NCBI RefSeq assembly: GCF_000143415.4
Contig: NW_003314281.1
Coordinates: 1-64,000, forward strand
Source: Selaginella moellendorffii
Taxonomy: Eukaryota; Plantae; Lycopodiophyta
Length of the DNA stretch: 64,000 nt
Reading direction: 5' to 3'
The position numbers were made by a program, and so were the translations under genes. Positions 12,159-23,011 of the stretch are shown one piece after another (position 1 is the first letter of the stretch; every line of letters begins with the position of its first letter). The notes below the pieces were generated by a model. That model was not told the DNA's origin, ran no database searches, and saw nothing but the letters and a program-made list of their open reading frames with translations.

Positions 12159-14357
12159 CTAAGGGGCTAGGGAAATTGCCATAACTTGAAGCCGATCAGG
12201 ACCGAGGATAACTTGATCTTGTTGATCAAAGGCAGGATTACCAGGCCTGAGACTGAGATAGGAGCGCCTTGAAAGAGCATCAGAAAGGCCTTGAAACTTT
12301 CCAGGTCTGTACTTGATAACAAAGTCAAACCGACTTAGGAATTGTGCCCACCTTGCTTGACGACGGCTTAAAACTCGGGAAGTGGCAAAGTACTTGAGAT
12401 TTTTGTGATCCGTCCAGACTGTTGTTTGATGGCTCGCCCCCTTCAAGAAACGGCGCCACTCTCCAAAGGAATCCACGATGGCAAGGAGCTCCTTGTCGTG
12501 GATTTCGTAATTGATCTCCGCAGGCTGGAATTTCCGAGAATGGAAAGCGACCGGATGAAATTCGTGATCCGCTCCGAGTTGAGACAGCACAGCACCAATG
12601 GCAAAGTCGGAGGCATCAGCCTCGATGAAGAAAGGTTGTGAGGAATAAGCATGGATCAAGACAGGAGCAGAACTGAAGGCCGCCTTGAGTGTGTCGAAGG
12701 CCTGCTGGGCAGCAGCAGACCAAGAGAAGGGAACATCCTTGCGAGTGAGATGCGTGAGAGGAAGGACAATGTCAGAGTAGTGAGCAATGAATTTGCGGTA
12801 GAAGTTGGCGAAGCCAAGGAAAACCTGAACGTCCGACATTGATTGTGGAGGCTCCCATTCAAGAATAGTCTTGACTTTGGCAGGATCCATCGTGATACCC
12901 TCAGGAGTGACAATGTACCCAAGGAACTCCACAGACTGCTGATCAAAGGAACATTTCTCAAGCTTCGCGTATAGGCCGTATTCTCGCAGCTTCGCTAGCA
13001 CCTTGCGTACATGTTCGTCATGCTCCTCCTGAGTTTTTGAGTAGATGAGGATGTCATCAAGGTAGACGATCACCATCTGATCAAGAAACTCCCGAAAGAC
13101 GTTGTTCGCCATATGTTGGAAAACTGCTGGAGCATTTGTCAAGCCAAATGGCATGACAGTGTACTCGAAGTGGCCATAGCGGGTTCGGAACGCAGTCTTC
13201 CATTCATCACCAGGCCGGATCCGGATCAGGTTGTATGCTCCACGGAGGTCGATCTTGGTGAAGAAGCGGGCACCGCCGAGACGTTCCAACAGGTCCGAGA
13301 TCAGGGGCAGCGGATAACGGTTCCGAACAGTCACCTTGTTCAAACCTCGGTAGTCGATGACTAGCCGCAAGCTCCCATCCTTCTTCTTGACAAAGAAGAC
13401 AAGCGCTCCAGCTGGGGACTGCAAATGCTGAATGTAGCCCGAGGCAAGGTTCTCATCCACGTACTCTTTGAGGGCCTTAAGCTTGGATGGGGATAACCCG
13501 TAGATAGGCCCCCATGGAGGTGACACTCCTTCCTGTAAATCAATGGGACAATCATAAGGCCGATGAACAGGCAGTACACTAGCTTTTTTCTTGTCAAACA
13601 CATCCCCAAAATCATGATACTTCTCAGGAAGACTGACAGGAAAAACATGCAAAGCAAAAAGAAAAAGAGGTTCTTCATGAAGGAGTTCTTTCATAGTGAT
13701 TGTGGAGATAGGAGGAGGCATACGACTAAATGGAATGATGAGACGAGGATACGGTCCAGTGTAAGATGGAAGAGAGGAAAAAGAAGAGGGTGAAAACTTT
13801 ATAGAGTCAGGAATAGAACCCCGATTTGAGTTTAGGGAACTTTTCCTGATTCGGACTCGATGAACAGTAGGGGAAGCCGTGGGAGAGATGAGCTGTAATT
13901 CCTTCCAATAGATTTGAGGCTGATGGAGTTGGAACCAAGGAAGACCGAGCACCACAGAGGAGGACTTGCTGTTGATGATGTTGAAGGTGATATCGGTGAT
14001 GGTGGACCTGATGTGTACTCGAACGGGCAACGTTTCCCTAAGTCCAGAAGATGGAGACACAAAATGCCCGCCGATGCCTTCAACCCTCAAATCCCGTATG
14101 GTAGGAGAAAGAGGAACGTGATGTCGGGCAGCAAAGTCCGTGTCCATGAAGCAGGAAGTTGCACCCGAGTCTAGTAACGCCAGAGCCTTGAGACCAGATT
14201 GTCCGGTGAAAGAAAGGAGACATGGGACGCGGAAGTTGCGGGAATTGGTGGTGGCTTTGATGAAAGGTGGTGAGGAGCTTGATAAAGAAGAAAAGTGATT
14301 TTTATTCGGGGAGTCCAAACAGACAGCTCCTACTCTGTTTGGACAGGGTCGTTTCCC
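12159..14357 (-). CDS. Family C pol (protease-RT-RNase H), open frame ending at a premature TAG
   Basis: 754-aa ORF with all PR/RT/RH motifs. The frame continues past TAG 12159-12161 to the junction at ~12082. Confidence 0.88.
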   Translation of the reverse strand, partial: GKRPCPNRVGAVCLDSPNKNHFSSLSSSSPPFIKATTNSRNFRVPCLLSFTGQSGLKALALLDSGATSCFMDTDFAARHHVPLSPTIRDLRVEGIGGHFVSPSSGLRETLPVRVHIRSTITDITFNIINSKSSSVVLGLPWFQLHQPQIYWKELQLISPTASPTVHRVRIRKSSLNSNRGSIPDSIKFSPSSFSSLPSYTGPYPRLIIPFSRMPPPISTITMKELLHEEPLFLFALHVFPVSLPEKYHDFGDVFDKKKASVLPVHRPYDCPIDLQEGVSPPWGPIYGLSPSKLKALKEYVDENLASGYIQHLQSPAGALVFFVKKKDGSLRLVIDYRGLNKVTVRNRYPLPLISDLLERLGGARFFTKIDLRGAYNLIRIRPGDEWKTAFRTRYGHFEYTVMPFGLTNAPAVFQHMANNVFREFLDQMVIVYLDDILIYSKTQEEHDEHVRKVLAKLREYGLYAKLEKCSFDQQSVEFLGYIVTPEGITMDPAKVKTILEWEPPQSMSDVQVFLGFANFYRKFIAHYSDIVLPLTHLTRKDVPFSWSAAAQQAFDTLKAAFSSAPVLIHAYSSQPFFIEADASDFAIGAVLSQLGADHEFHPVAFHSRKFQPAEINYEIHDKELLAIVDSFGEWRRFLKGASHQTTVWTDHKNLKYFATSRVLSRRQARWAQFLSRFDFVIKYRPGKFQGLSDALSRRSYLSLRPGNPAFDQQDQVILGPDRLQVMAISLAP
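14313..14357 (-). promoter_or_regulatory. -1 programmed ribosomal frameshift signal (G GGA AAC plus stem/pseudoknot)
   Basis: Heptamer 14357-14351 is in the gag frame (S-G-N). A 6-nt spacer precedes a perfect 11-bp stem GTCCAAACAGA/TCTGTTTGGAC, and pol is in the -1 frame. Confidence 0.8.
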
Positions 14358-15296
14358 GACTGCAATAGAGGTGGACTTTGAGGCAGAGTGAACTCGAGCA
14401 GTCGAGGAGGCTTCTTGGGACATACAGCTGCTTTGTGATTAGGATTAGCACAATAGAGGCAAAGATTATGAGATATTCGACGTTGCTTCTCAGCAGGACT
14501 CAACTTCCCTCTAATGAGTCGGGGAGTACCAGAAATATCCATCGGAACTGGAGCAGTAGGTTCAGGAGTATGCCCCGAAGACTCAAGCTGGGATTCCTGA
14601 GTCTGGGACGGAAAAACAGTGGTGTGGCGACTTTCCTAACAACGTTGAAAGAGACGATTGTCACATCGAACAGCTTTGTTGATGGCATCCGACAAGTCCT
14701 TGGGATCCTCCATGGTGAGCAACAAATCCTTGACACCGTTGTTGAGGCCGAAACAAAATTGGTCAATCAGGGCCCGCTCATCCCACTGAGTGTCCAAAGC
14801 AAGGAGTTGGAACTCTGCAGCGTAGATCGAGGCAAGACCCCTGAGAGAGACGTCTCATCTTTGTGGTAGCAGCCCGAACCCGATCCGTCTCACCAAAACA
14901 TGCTTCGAGCTTCTCTTTGAACAATTGAAGATCCATCAGTTCTGGAACCACGACCCCTTTCATGCTCTTCTCCAAAAGAGGAGAAAACCATGACAAAGCT
15001 GCACCTTCGAGCAACGTCCCAATCGCGCCGATTTGAGACTTGGGAGTAGGGTACCGCCGATGTTGAAGTGCGAAGATCAACTCCATCTGGTTCAGGAATC
15101 CGCGAAGCTCCGAACGCTTGCTTGAAAATTTCGCCGGGAAGCTCACCTTCGGTTCAGGAACTTTGCTGGATCCTTGAGCCGAAAGTGAAGCAAGCTCCTG
15201 CTGCATGTGAAGAAGGGTCGCCTTCAGCTCGGTATTCTCAGACTAGATTTTTGCAAGGACTTCAGCAAAGAAATCAGGATGGCTTGGAGACTCCAT
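14330..15296 (-). pseudogene. Family C gag (with stop and frameshifts)
   Basis: PEPKVSFPAKFSSKRSELRGFLNQ...LLEGAALSWF capsid-like segment, PVPMDI motif and zinc knuckle. Confidence 0.85.
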
Positions 15297-15393
15297 TGGC
15301 AAGAAGAAAGAAAAAAAGGGGGAAAAAAGCCAAAGGTAATCAAACAATCAAAGCGAGCTAAAAGAAAAGCAAAAACCACAATCTGAATCAAAC

Positions 15394-15780
15394 TGTCAAG
15401 ACCCCCAACAAGATCAAGACTGGAAAATGCTAAAGACAAAGAGAAAAAGCTAGTGAAAACAAAGAAGAGACCTTAGACTGGTGTTGATTCAGATTGTGGA
15501 GAAATGGAACAAGGCTAACCTATATATACTATAGGTTGATGAAGCTCCACCACTCTTGAATCGAGGACGGCCTAAATATAGCTGAGGTCGAGGAGGCGCC
15601 ACATCATCATCAGGAATGTGGCTCGAGACTCAGGAATCAGGAAGTGTCTCGAGAGTCAGGAATAGGGAAGTGTCTCGAGAGTTAGGAATAGGGAAGTGTC
15701 TCGAGAGTCAGGAATGTGGTTTGTAGGTCAGGAATCCGGCGAGAGTCAAGAATGTGGCAAGAATTGGGGGATTCCTGACA
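15394..15780 (-). repeat. Family C 5' LTR (387 bp) with ~26-bp tandem repeats
   Basis: TG...CA ends, TATATATA at 15521-15528, about four copies of TGTCTCGAGAGTCAGGAATAGGGAAG at 15615-15720. Confidence 0.85.
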
Positions 15781-16855
15781 GAAACGGATGCTTCGGACTT
15801 TGGGTTAGGCGTAGTTTTGAAGCAAGACAACCATCCATTAGCGTTCTTCTCAAAGAAGTTGGACAAGGCTCAAAGGAAGTGGCCTGCCCATGAGAAGGAA
15901 TTGTTTGCGGTGGTCAATATGCTCAAGGAGTGGCGGCACTACCTTGGGAGACACTTCGAGGTTTACACGGACAATGTGGCAACGAAACACTTCTTGTCAC
16001 AGCCCGACCTAAGAGGGAAACAGGGTCGGTGGGCCAATGCCTTGGCCGAGTTTGATTGCGAGATTCTGTACAAGCCTGGGAAGAGCAACATTGTGGCGGA
16101 TGCGCTAAGTCGAAAAGCGAGCTTGAGGTTGGCAATATCCAGTGCGACAGCAACCTTTTGGGACAATGTGCGGACAACATATGAGAACAATGGTCTAGCA
16201 CAAGAAGTGTTGCTGAGGAATCTAGAGGCACGGGAAGCTCACCAGAGAGGTGAGCTGCCAACGGAAGAGAAAACGGGTTATGCGGAACGCAACAGACTCA
16301 TCTATTACAAGCAAACGAGGGTGTATGTTCCAGAAGGGGAACTAAGGAAGGTAGCCTTAGAAGAGTGTCATGATGGACCTCTTGCGGGACATGGCGAAGT
16401 GCCCAAGACGATGGGCTTACTCAAGAGGAAGTATCACTGGCTAGATATGGCTAAGGACATCCAAGACTATGTAAAGACATGTCCAACATGTCAGCAGGTC
16501 AAAGCTGTGACTAAGGTTAGTGGGGGCTTGTTGCAAAGCATCCCAATTCCAGATCATCCGTGGAAATGTCTTACGATGGACTTTATCATGGGACTCCCCC
16601 CAAGCGAGGGGTTTGATGCGATATTTGTGGTGGTGGACCGATTTTCAAAAATGGCACATTTCATACTCACCACAACGGAAGTGGATGCGGAAGGTGTGGC
16701 GAAGTTCTTCTTCGAACAAGTGGTTCAAGTGCGGGGAAGGCCGGAAGAGATTATCTCAGATCGAGATAAGATCTTCACTAGTAGGTTCTGGAGAACTCTC
16801 CTGGAATAGTATTGCACCAAGTTGAAATTTAGCACAGCCTATCACCCACAGACAG

Positions 16856-16902
16856 GTATTGGGTATTAAGTCAAGTTTGATGGCACTAACACTTCTTGAC
16901 AA
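16856..16902 (+). other. 47-nt integrase intron of element B (acceptor mutated AG>AA in this copy)
   Basis: Same position and length as 10364-10410. GTATTG donor and CTAAC branch point retained. Confidence 0.8.
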
Positions 16903-17303
16903 ACGGACAAACGGAAAGGGTGAATAGATAGCTGGAGGATTATTTGCGATGCTATGTCTCGGGAGACCAGATCGATTGGGTAAGTCATTTGGGACTTGTG
17001 GAAATGTGTTATGAGTATCGGGGTGAGTCCATGGGAAGTCATCAATGGGCGAGCTATTGAAGGTCCTGTGGAACTCGGTGTGGCCGAGTATCATGGAGAG
17101 CTACCCGCAGTGGAGGCATTCATGGCGGAAAGACTCAACATTTGGAATCTAGTGAGGGATTCCTTGGAACGGGCTCAACAAAGGCAAACCAAGTACGCGA
17201 ACCAAAAGCGCCGGGATGTAGAGTTCCAAGCTGGGGAGAAGGTGTGGCTGAACACCAAGAACCTCAGGCTACCAAGTGGGATTAGTCGGAAGTTGACCCA
17301 AAG

Positions 17304-17355
17304 GTAAAAATGCATGTATTCCTGTAAATGAATTGATCTTGAGTTCCTTAAGCAG
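17304..17355 (+). other. 52-nt GT-AG intron before the GPY/F motif of element B
   Basis: CAA AG|gtaaaa...ttaagcag|G TTC GCG GGG CTT TAC restores KLTQRFAGLYEIEARIGKVAYRL. Confidence 0.85.
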
Positions 17356-18139
17356 GTTCGCGGGGCTTTACGAGATTGAGGCACGAATTGGTAAAGTGGC
17401 TTACCGTCTCTGACTTCCTCGAGAGATGGGGAAGATGCACCCAGTGTTCCACGTGAACTTACTCAAGCTGTACTTTGAGGATCCGCTTCGCAAGAACCAA
17501 GTAAGACCTTTACCTGAGGTTATCCAAGGGGAAGAGGAATACGAAGTCAAGGCCATCCTCAATGCGCGCAAAAGCAAGTGACAAGGACGCAAGGTGAGAA
17601 AGTTCTATGTGAAGTGGAAAGGATTTCCACATTGTGAGGCAACATGGGAACCGGAGGAGAACCTAGCGAATGCGCGAGATCTAGTGGAGGAATTTCTGCA
17701 AGGCAAAACTCTATATACTTATGCAAAGTTCAATTAAAATATCAATTTGCAAAGTTGAGCAAGTCGCATATGTTGGGACCCGAAGGCGCGCCGAAGGTAA
17801 GCTAATTAGCACGGGTTTGCTAGGTCAACCAGGTGTAGGGCACTAACCCCAACTCCCCGCGGGGATGTCGAATCTGTAGATGTATTCTACGGAGGTTGGG
17901 TTTAAGTCCCAACCCCCTAGTAAAGCAAGGCTGGGTTCAAGTCCCAACCCCATACTAGGGCGTGGTGAGGTGAGGGGTATAGGGACACCTATATTCCATT
18001 GTCATGGGCTCTTGGCCGAGGAGGCTAACTTAGGCACACCGCTAAGTGGGGGGATGCCCCCGGAGACATGGTCAACAAGTCGTAGCATAAAAAGAGACGT
18101 TCGATGTGGGCATCGAACTTCTTCTATGGGTGGTGGAGT

Positions 18140-19293
18140 TGTAAGGAACCGACTCCCCGAAATGTCGTAAGCTAAAGGATCCCTGAAAGCATGACCAAAA
18201 TGACAAAGAGTTCATCGGATGGGACCGAGTCAGAGATCGAGTCCAAGACCGACTCTGAGACCAAGTTCGAGATAGAGTCCGGGATCGAGCCGAGGCCAAA
18301 TCGGAGACTGAGATCGAGACTGAGTTCGAGACGGAGTCCGAGATCCAAATCGGGTCCGAGACCGAGTCCGAGGTCAAGTCCGAAGTTGAGTCCGAGATTG
18401 GGTCCGAGATCGAGTCCGAGATCAAGTCCGAGACCGAATCCGAAGTCGGGTCCGAGATCGAGTCCGAGATCGAATCTGAGACTAAGTCCAAATACTAATA
18501 CGGGTCAAGGGGTGAAAGCCCAAAGCGTGCGTCTCCCAAGGGGGGGGGAGGGGGAGGGGGCTGCAGGGCGTTCCAAAAGTATAGTAGGGATAATGAGGTC
18601 CAGGAACCAGTCTTGAAGGAACTTTCCAGAGGTGCTTCCAAACTGACTTGAGGTTGGACTGGGGCCGAGGGGCCTTAGGTGGGAGTGAGCATGGGCTTGG
18701 GTGGTGCTGGAGGGGCCACCTAGGTAAGTGCTCAAGAGTAGCTCCCACTCCCAAAAGTGAAACCGACTGCGGTGCTCCCGGCTCATGTGGAGTGGTGCCC
18801 CACTTGAGTACCTTGTGGCTCATTGGTCCTCGCCCTTCCTAGGGGCTTGGGCCTTCCCTTCGGGATGGAAGTGGGGGGGTAGAGGTACCCATACCGGGCC
18901 ATTAGGCCACGTGTTTCGCCCTGATGTCCCAAAGCAAGTGTTGCACCCAAGGCTTGGGATTTAGAGGGTCCCATGATCAAGTCTTATTGTACCAAGGGGT
19001 GTTAGGAACCTGGAGGCTTGGTGTGCTTGGCTGCTTGTGCCTACGGGGAGTGTAGCCAAACCTTAAGTCCAGTCTAACACGGGGAGGGGGATTAGGAGAG
19101 ATTTGGGAATCCGTGGATGGATGGCTAACGCTCTGTTGCTCGTATAGTGAGTAGCTGAAACCAAGTAGGACCAAGTAGGAGCTGGTACAATAGGTGGGAA
19201 CCTTGGTGAGGGAACTTAGCACAAGCCAAGGCAGTGTTGGTTGGATAGACGAGGTAAGTTGGTAAATTGGAAAGGAAAAATTTGTGGCTTACA
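18140..19293 (+). repeat. Family B 3' LTR (1154 bp)
   Basis: Direct repeat of 7432-8587, preceded by G-rich GGGTGGTGGAG (PPT-like). Confidence 0.95.
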
Positions 19294-21524
19294 CTACGCG
19301 ACATTGGTTTAAAGCTGAAGTGGTTGAAGTGCGTGTTTGGGTTTAAGGACACAACTTATCTCTGGTACTGTATTTCTCGTGAGGGTTTGCAAGTTGATCC
19401 TAACAAACTTGTGGCTATTCTAAAATTCCCTACTCTAAAGTGTATGAATGATGTGCAGCACTTTTTGGGCAAAGTGTAGTATCTCGGTCGTTTTGTGAAT
19501 CATCTTTCTGATCGCACTACACTGTTGCGAGCATTGTTGAAGTCATCAAAGTCATCTTCATTTGGTCTTTGGATTGTGAGTGGGCGTTCATGGATCTCAA
19601 AGAGCTATTGACAACTCCTCCGATTTTGGCATATCTTGACTACACTTAACCTTTTATTTTGTGTGTAGATGCTTCTAATATTGGTCTTGGGGTTGTGTTG
19701 ATGCAAGAGAGCTCGAGTGTGCTTGGTCAGCATCATCCTATTGCATATATCAACCGTACATTACAACCAGTGGAGATGAACTACTCCACGATAGAGAAAG
19801 AGTGTTTAGCAGCAGTCTGGGGTTTCGAGAAACTTCATGCATATCTACATGCTTCTCGGACGTTACTTGAAGGTGACTATGCTGTTATTACTTCATTATT
19901 GAAGCGGAAGAACCTAGTTGGTCATACTACTCGATGGGCTTTGAAGCTTCAGATATATGATTTTGATGTTGTTCATCACCCAAGGAGTTCTATGGATAAT
20001 GCTGATGCCCTTTCTTGAGCTCCTCTTCCTTCTCCACTCTCTTTTCATGTTTCTGATGAGCGTGTTACTCCTGCATCTGTGGATTTTCTAGACAAGGATT
20101 CTGTGCCCTCAGCAGTTGCTGTACTTGATGTTTAGTGTCCACAAGGCATAGAGCAAGATCTACCTTCTCTTGATGAGGTTCGCGAGGCTCAAAAGATTAA
20201 GCCGTGGATTCGAAGGCTTCGAGATGGGTTTGAGAATCCTGCATCACTTGCTGATGACTTACCTTTCCGGCATTTACATTCTTAATATCGCCTTGACGAC
20301 AGCCTTCTTTATTTTGTAGGGATGGATCTTGATGATCATTTACGGCTAGTGGTGCTTTCTGTCTTTATTCCACGGTTTCTCCATGCCTACCATGATTCTC
20401 CTGTTCTAGGTGGGCATATGGGACATCGTCATATAATCAAGAAGCTACGCAGGTCTTTGTATTGGCCGGAGATGCGACGTGATATTATTCGGTATGTGCG
20501 TAGCTGCATTTGGTGCCAAGCTCATAATACTCCCCCTCGGGTTGCGGAAGGACAGTTGTCGTCAATTGCAGTTTCCCGTCCATTTGAGTTGGTGGCATTT
20601 GATCTTATGGGATCTTTTCCACGGTTGACTGCTGGCAATGAGTATGTTATTATTGCTTCTGACTACTTGACTCGTTGGGTGGAAGTTGGTGCTCTTTCTA
20701 GTGCCTCTGCAACTGCTATTGGATACTTCCTCCTCAATCGAGTGGTATTCCAGCATTCTTATCTAGAGCGGATTCTTTCGGATAATGGTCCCGCATTTAT
20801 GGTTGAGGCATTTCATATTTTGACATCTTGGTTGGGGATTTGCCACACTTTCACAAGTGCTTATCGTCCACAATCAGACGGTCTGGTGGAACGGCTCATT
20901 TGGACGTTCAAGGGGATGATTGCGAAGTATGTGAACTTTCAGCATTCTGATTGGGATAGTTATTTGCCGTCTCTTCAGTATGCATATATCACTAGGGTGC
21001 AGAGTTCTGTTGGTGCTTCACCATATAAACTCCTATATGGTCATGATCCAATATTACCAACGGAGCTGGGTTTACCTTCGCGATTGCCACGAGTTGTGGA
21101 TGCTAGGTCATGGGATCAATATTTGACAAGCATTCTTCCACTTGTCCGAGCCAAGTCTGTCAAACACTTAGGCCGCGTACAAGTGGGACAACAACGGCGT
21201 TACAACTCCCATCATCGTCCACCTGCAAAGTACAAAGTGGATGATTTGGTGTTAGTCCATTTTCCCCATCTTACGGTATGTGGTTTATCTAAGAGGCTCC
21301 TTGCACAGTGGAAAGGACCGTATCGAGTGTTGCGGCAAGTTAGACCACAAGTTTATGAGGTTCGGCATGATGTCCAGCAGGCCAATCCTCTAGAGATTGT
21401 GCATGTGCAGCAGTTGAAACACTTTATAAAAAGGGATCAGGAGAAGTTAATCCCATTTACAGATCTGTTGATGCCTCCTCTTGATGTTCCTTCAGATCCC
21501 GGCCTATCTACAAGAGAACCCTGA
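19294..21524 (+). pseudogene. Family A RT C-terminus, RNase H and integrase
   Basis: CVDASNIGLG (RH), NYSTIEKECLA, 400-aa ORF with HHCC, FDLMG, SDNG, QSDGLVER and WKGPY. Confidence 0.9.
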
Positions 21525-21556
21525 TGGTCTTCCATTATTCCGAGAGGAGGGGATGA

Positions 21557-21731
21557 TGTGAGGGCCAAGTGTATGGCTATGATGCCGTATACTAATATTA
21601 GCATAGTGGGATTTTGGTAGCCGTCGGATTGGTTTCAATCCGGACCACTCGCTCCTGTATATAAGCTAGGGTTTTTGGGCTAATTGATATGCACATTTCT
21701 GTATTCCCTTTCTATATTCCATGCACTCACA
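21557..21731 (+). repeat. Family A 3' LTR (175 bp)
   Basis: TGTGAG...CTCACA following the polypurine tract. Confidence 0.92.
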
Positions 21732-21831
21732 ATGTGAGGCAATCAATAATTCTAGGTAATGAAAATGATTTGGAGTGATATTCACTTCTCCTTGTACATA
21801 CTACAAGATGCAGTTCAAAAGAAAAAGAAAG

Positions 21832-23011
21832 GTGAGATTTTAAGTTGTCCAATGCACCCATGTAATTGGTTTTCTCTACTATTCTTGTACAAACAACTCT
21901 TCTGGATCACATCAAAATTTCACTCTAGAAATCGCTAATGTATTTTGTGAGAGATACATGAAAACTAGATGATTATGGTTTTTTATTTGCATATATGTGT
22001 TTAGATATGATTCTTTCAAAGCATATAATAAGAGATCAAGGTGATAAGTAAGTAGCCAAGTTTTCTTGCATTTTAACTATGAAACTAGAACTAAATCTAG
22101 TTATCAACAGAATTACATAGGTTAGAAACTTTCAACACTAAAAAGATGTTTGGCATTATGTACTGCACCCAGAATAAGCACCTGGATAACACTAATTAGA
22201 CTTCCTCTGGGCAACTTGTGAATGCAACTATGCAGGTGTGCTTCTACCATGGAGTGTGTATATACTGTTTAAATAGCTCTACTTATTTTTTGAAAGGTCT
22301 AATCAATAGTAAATAAAACTTATCAATTTGTTTCATATGTAAAGTTTTAATTTTCTGTTTCAAAGTAACAAAAAGTACTGCCAAAATTATTGGTTAAAGT
22401 TAGAAAAGAAATGCCTCTTCCAACAACACACAAATATAGAAAATAAAAAAATAAATTTAGAAGTTCACTCTAGGTTTGAAAAAAGTGTTATCAGTTTATC
22501 AAATTATTAGTTTTACCTTATATTTTTTGACTAAATGTGCAGGAGATTTATTATATAAGGTTGTTTTCTTACACTCATATTACCAAGTACTAAGTATGGA
22601 AAACAAATCATTTCTCTACTTAATTTTATTGCTTGTAGTCATTCTGAAAAATGAGAACTTTTGTAATGCCACTACAAGTATCAAAGTGGAAGGTTATGTT
22701 TATTGTACTAATTGTGGTTCACTTTCTCAAACTGGCATTTTGGGTAACAGAAATTCATCCCATCTTTTGAATTCTTTTTAATCTTGTTAAATCTTTTAGG
22801 TGCCAGGGTAAATCTGGTTTGTCTAGGAGACAGTGATTCAACATTTACAAATAATAAAGGGTTCTTTGATATCTCTGAATCAGTGAAAACTGGAACAGAT
22901 ATTGGGAATTGCCGAGTGAGTGTGGATGTAAGTAGAACACCCATATCACCCCGGGGGTGTTCTTTCTTAACAGACATAAATGGTGGGTCAAGTGGCCAAT
23001 CCTTAAGCACA
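21832..23011. repeat. Right arm of the inverted duplication (partner 1-1249)
   Basis: Reverse-complement identity with the window start. Confidence 0.9.

Larger units (their letters stand above)
12082..15780 (-). mobile_element. Ty3/gypsy family C (Tf1/sushi/Tcn1-like), 5' LTR to RNase H, integrase end deleted
   Basis: LTR 15394-15780 (TGTCA...TGACA on the - strand), gag from ATG 15296 with CCHC knuckle CLYCANPNHKAAVC, pol ORF 12159-14423 with LLDSGAT, YLDD and DASD. Its LTR end abuts the RH of element B (flank reads ETDASDF). Confidence 0.92.
15781..17737 (+). pseudogene. Family B pol 3' part: RNase H, integrase, GPY/F and chromodomain, with two introns
   Basis: ETDASDF, H-H-C-C, MDF/SDRD, then KLTQR|FAGLYEI and chromodomain EYEVKAIL...FYVKWKGFPHCEATWEPEENL. 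A few premature stops. Confidence 0.92.
7432..19293 (+). mobile_element. Ty3/gypsy chromovirus family B (intron-containing), inserted into the RT of element A
   Basis: Paired ~1.15-kb LTRs (TGTAAG...CTTACA), 5-bp TSD CTACA (7427-7431)/CTACG (19294-19298). Removing the element restores host RT ...VLDRLRDIGLKLK. PBS-iMet, protease, RH, INT, GPY/F and chromodomain are present. Confidence 0.95.
4962..21731 (+). mobile_element. Ty3/gypsy LTR retrotransposon family A (non-chromovirus), degenerate, hosting the nested element B
   Basis: 5'-truncated LTR 4962-5037 ending CTCACA, PBS 5039-5058, gag-PR-RT fragments 5272-7431, RT/RH/INT 19294-21524, PPT GAGAGGAGGGGATGA, full 3' LTR 21557-21731 (TGTGAG...CTCACA). 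No chromodomain after the GPY motif. Confidence 0.92.

Noticed and set aside
17880-18170. Possible env-like extra ORF in the family B 3' region
   Set aside because: Only 96 aa, no signal peptide or transmembrane helix, and it runs into the LTR.
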